The notes under the pieces were generated by a model. The model was not told the origin of the DNA. It saw only the letters and a list, made by a program, of their open reading frames with translations, and ran no database searches. A DNA stretch of 63,625 bases, filler included, from Candidatus Rokuibacteriota bacterium (lineage in GTDB: Bacteria > JAUVQV01 > DATDCY01): the NCBI GenBank assembly GCA_031406795.1. It is 4 parts of 4 records of this genome, joined end to end, with 100 filler letters (N's around TTAATTAATTAA, not from the genome) between each part and the next. Parts side by side here need not be neighbours in the genome. Positions count along the whole stretch, not along the records: positions 58,059 to 63,625 come from JANOHV010000129.1; 3 more parts are not named here. One strand, 5' to 3'. The stretch's first letter is position 1, and every line of letters starts with the position of its first letter. This document shows positions 63,456 through 63,625 of the stretch, piece by piece. The position numbers and the translations under genes are program-made.

Positions 63456-63625
63456 ATGAACTCCAACGCCGTCCACCGCGGTAACGAAAAACCGGCCGCC
63501 ATGGGCGCGCGCGGGGTGTCGGTGGTGTACCCCGGAGGCCACCGGGCCCTCGAGGAGGTGACCATCGAGTTCCGCCGCGCCGAGCTGACCGTGCTGCTTG
63601 GTCGGTCCGGGGCCGGCAAGTCCAC
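63456..63625 (+). CDS. ABC transporter ATPase, PhnC-like (runs off window)
   Basis: VSVVYPGGHRALEEV...TVLLGRSGAGKS Walker A; near a phosphonatase-like gene. Confidence 0.7.
   Translation, partial: MNSNAVHRGNEKPAAMGARGVSVVYPGGHRALEEVTIEFRRAELTVLLGRSGAGKS

Overview
GC-rich bacterial DNA from a diderm organism (lpxC, tamB, type II secretion/pilus genes, a PEP-CTERM protein). It consists of four contigs joined by 100-nt N/TTAATTAATTAA linkers (15996-16095, 41238-41337, 57959-58058), so adjacency across linkers is unproven. Contig 1: an atypical chaperone operon (872-aa helical protein, J-domain protein, GrpE-like protein, Hsp70) beside hipBA and a VapC remnant, then pheST, Uma2, hicAB and a CARDB surface protein. 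Contig 2: an inversion junction splitting a histidine kinase and a response regulator (probably an amplification chimera), a signalling cluster, ileS, a PilF/Tgl-like TPR lipoprotein, dus, gspEFGH, lpxC, rlpA, purF, PBP1A, a CBS-ACT protein, an IS1634 remnant and a DUF3494 PEP-CTERM protein. Contig 3: secA, then an uncharacterised envelope cluster (Ig/AMIN-like protein, pseudo-receiver coiled-coil membrane protein, TPR coiled-coil protein, nitrilase with the catalytic Glu replaced by Gln, tamB). Contig 4: corA, CBM48 protein, phosphonatase-like HAD and a phnC-like gene, with repeated OmpR/PhoB-type boxes. Non-coding signals: a ~190-nt structured element with compensatory changes (2 copies), a palindrome at identical spacing upstream of two promoters, a ~115-bp MITE-like family and GTAG REP elements. 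All calls come from motif recognition by eye; no database searches were run.
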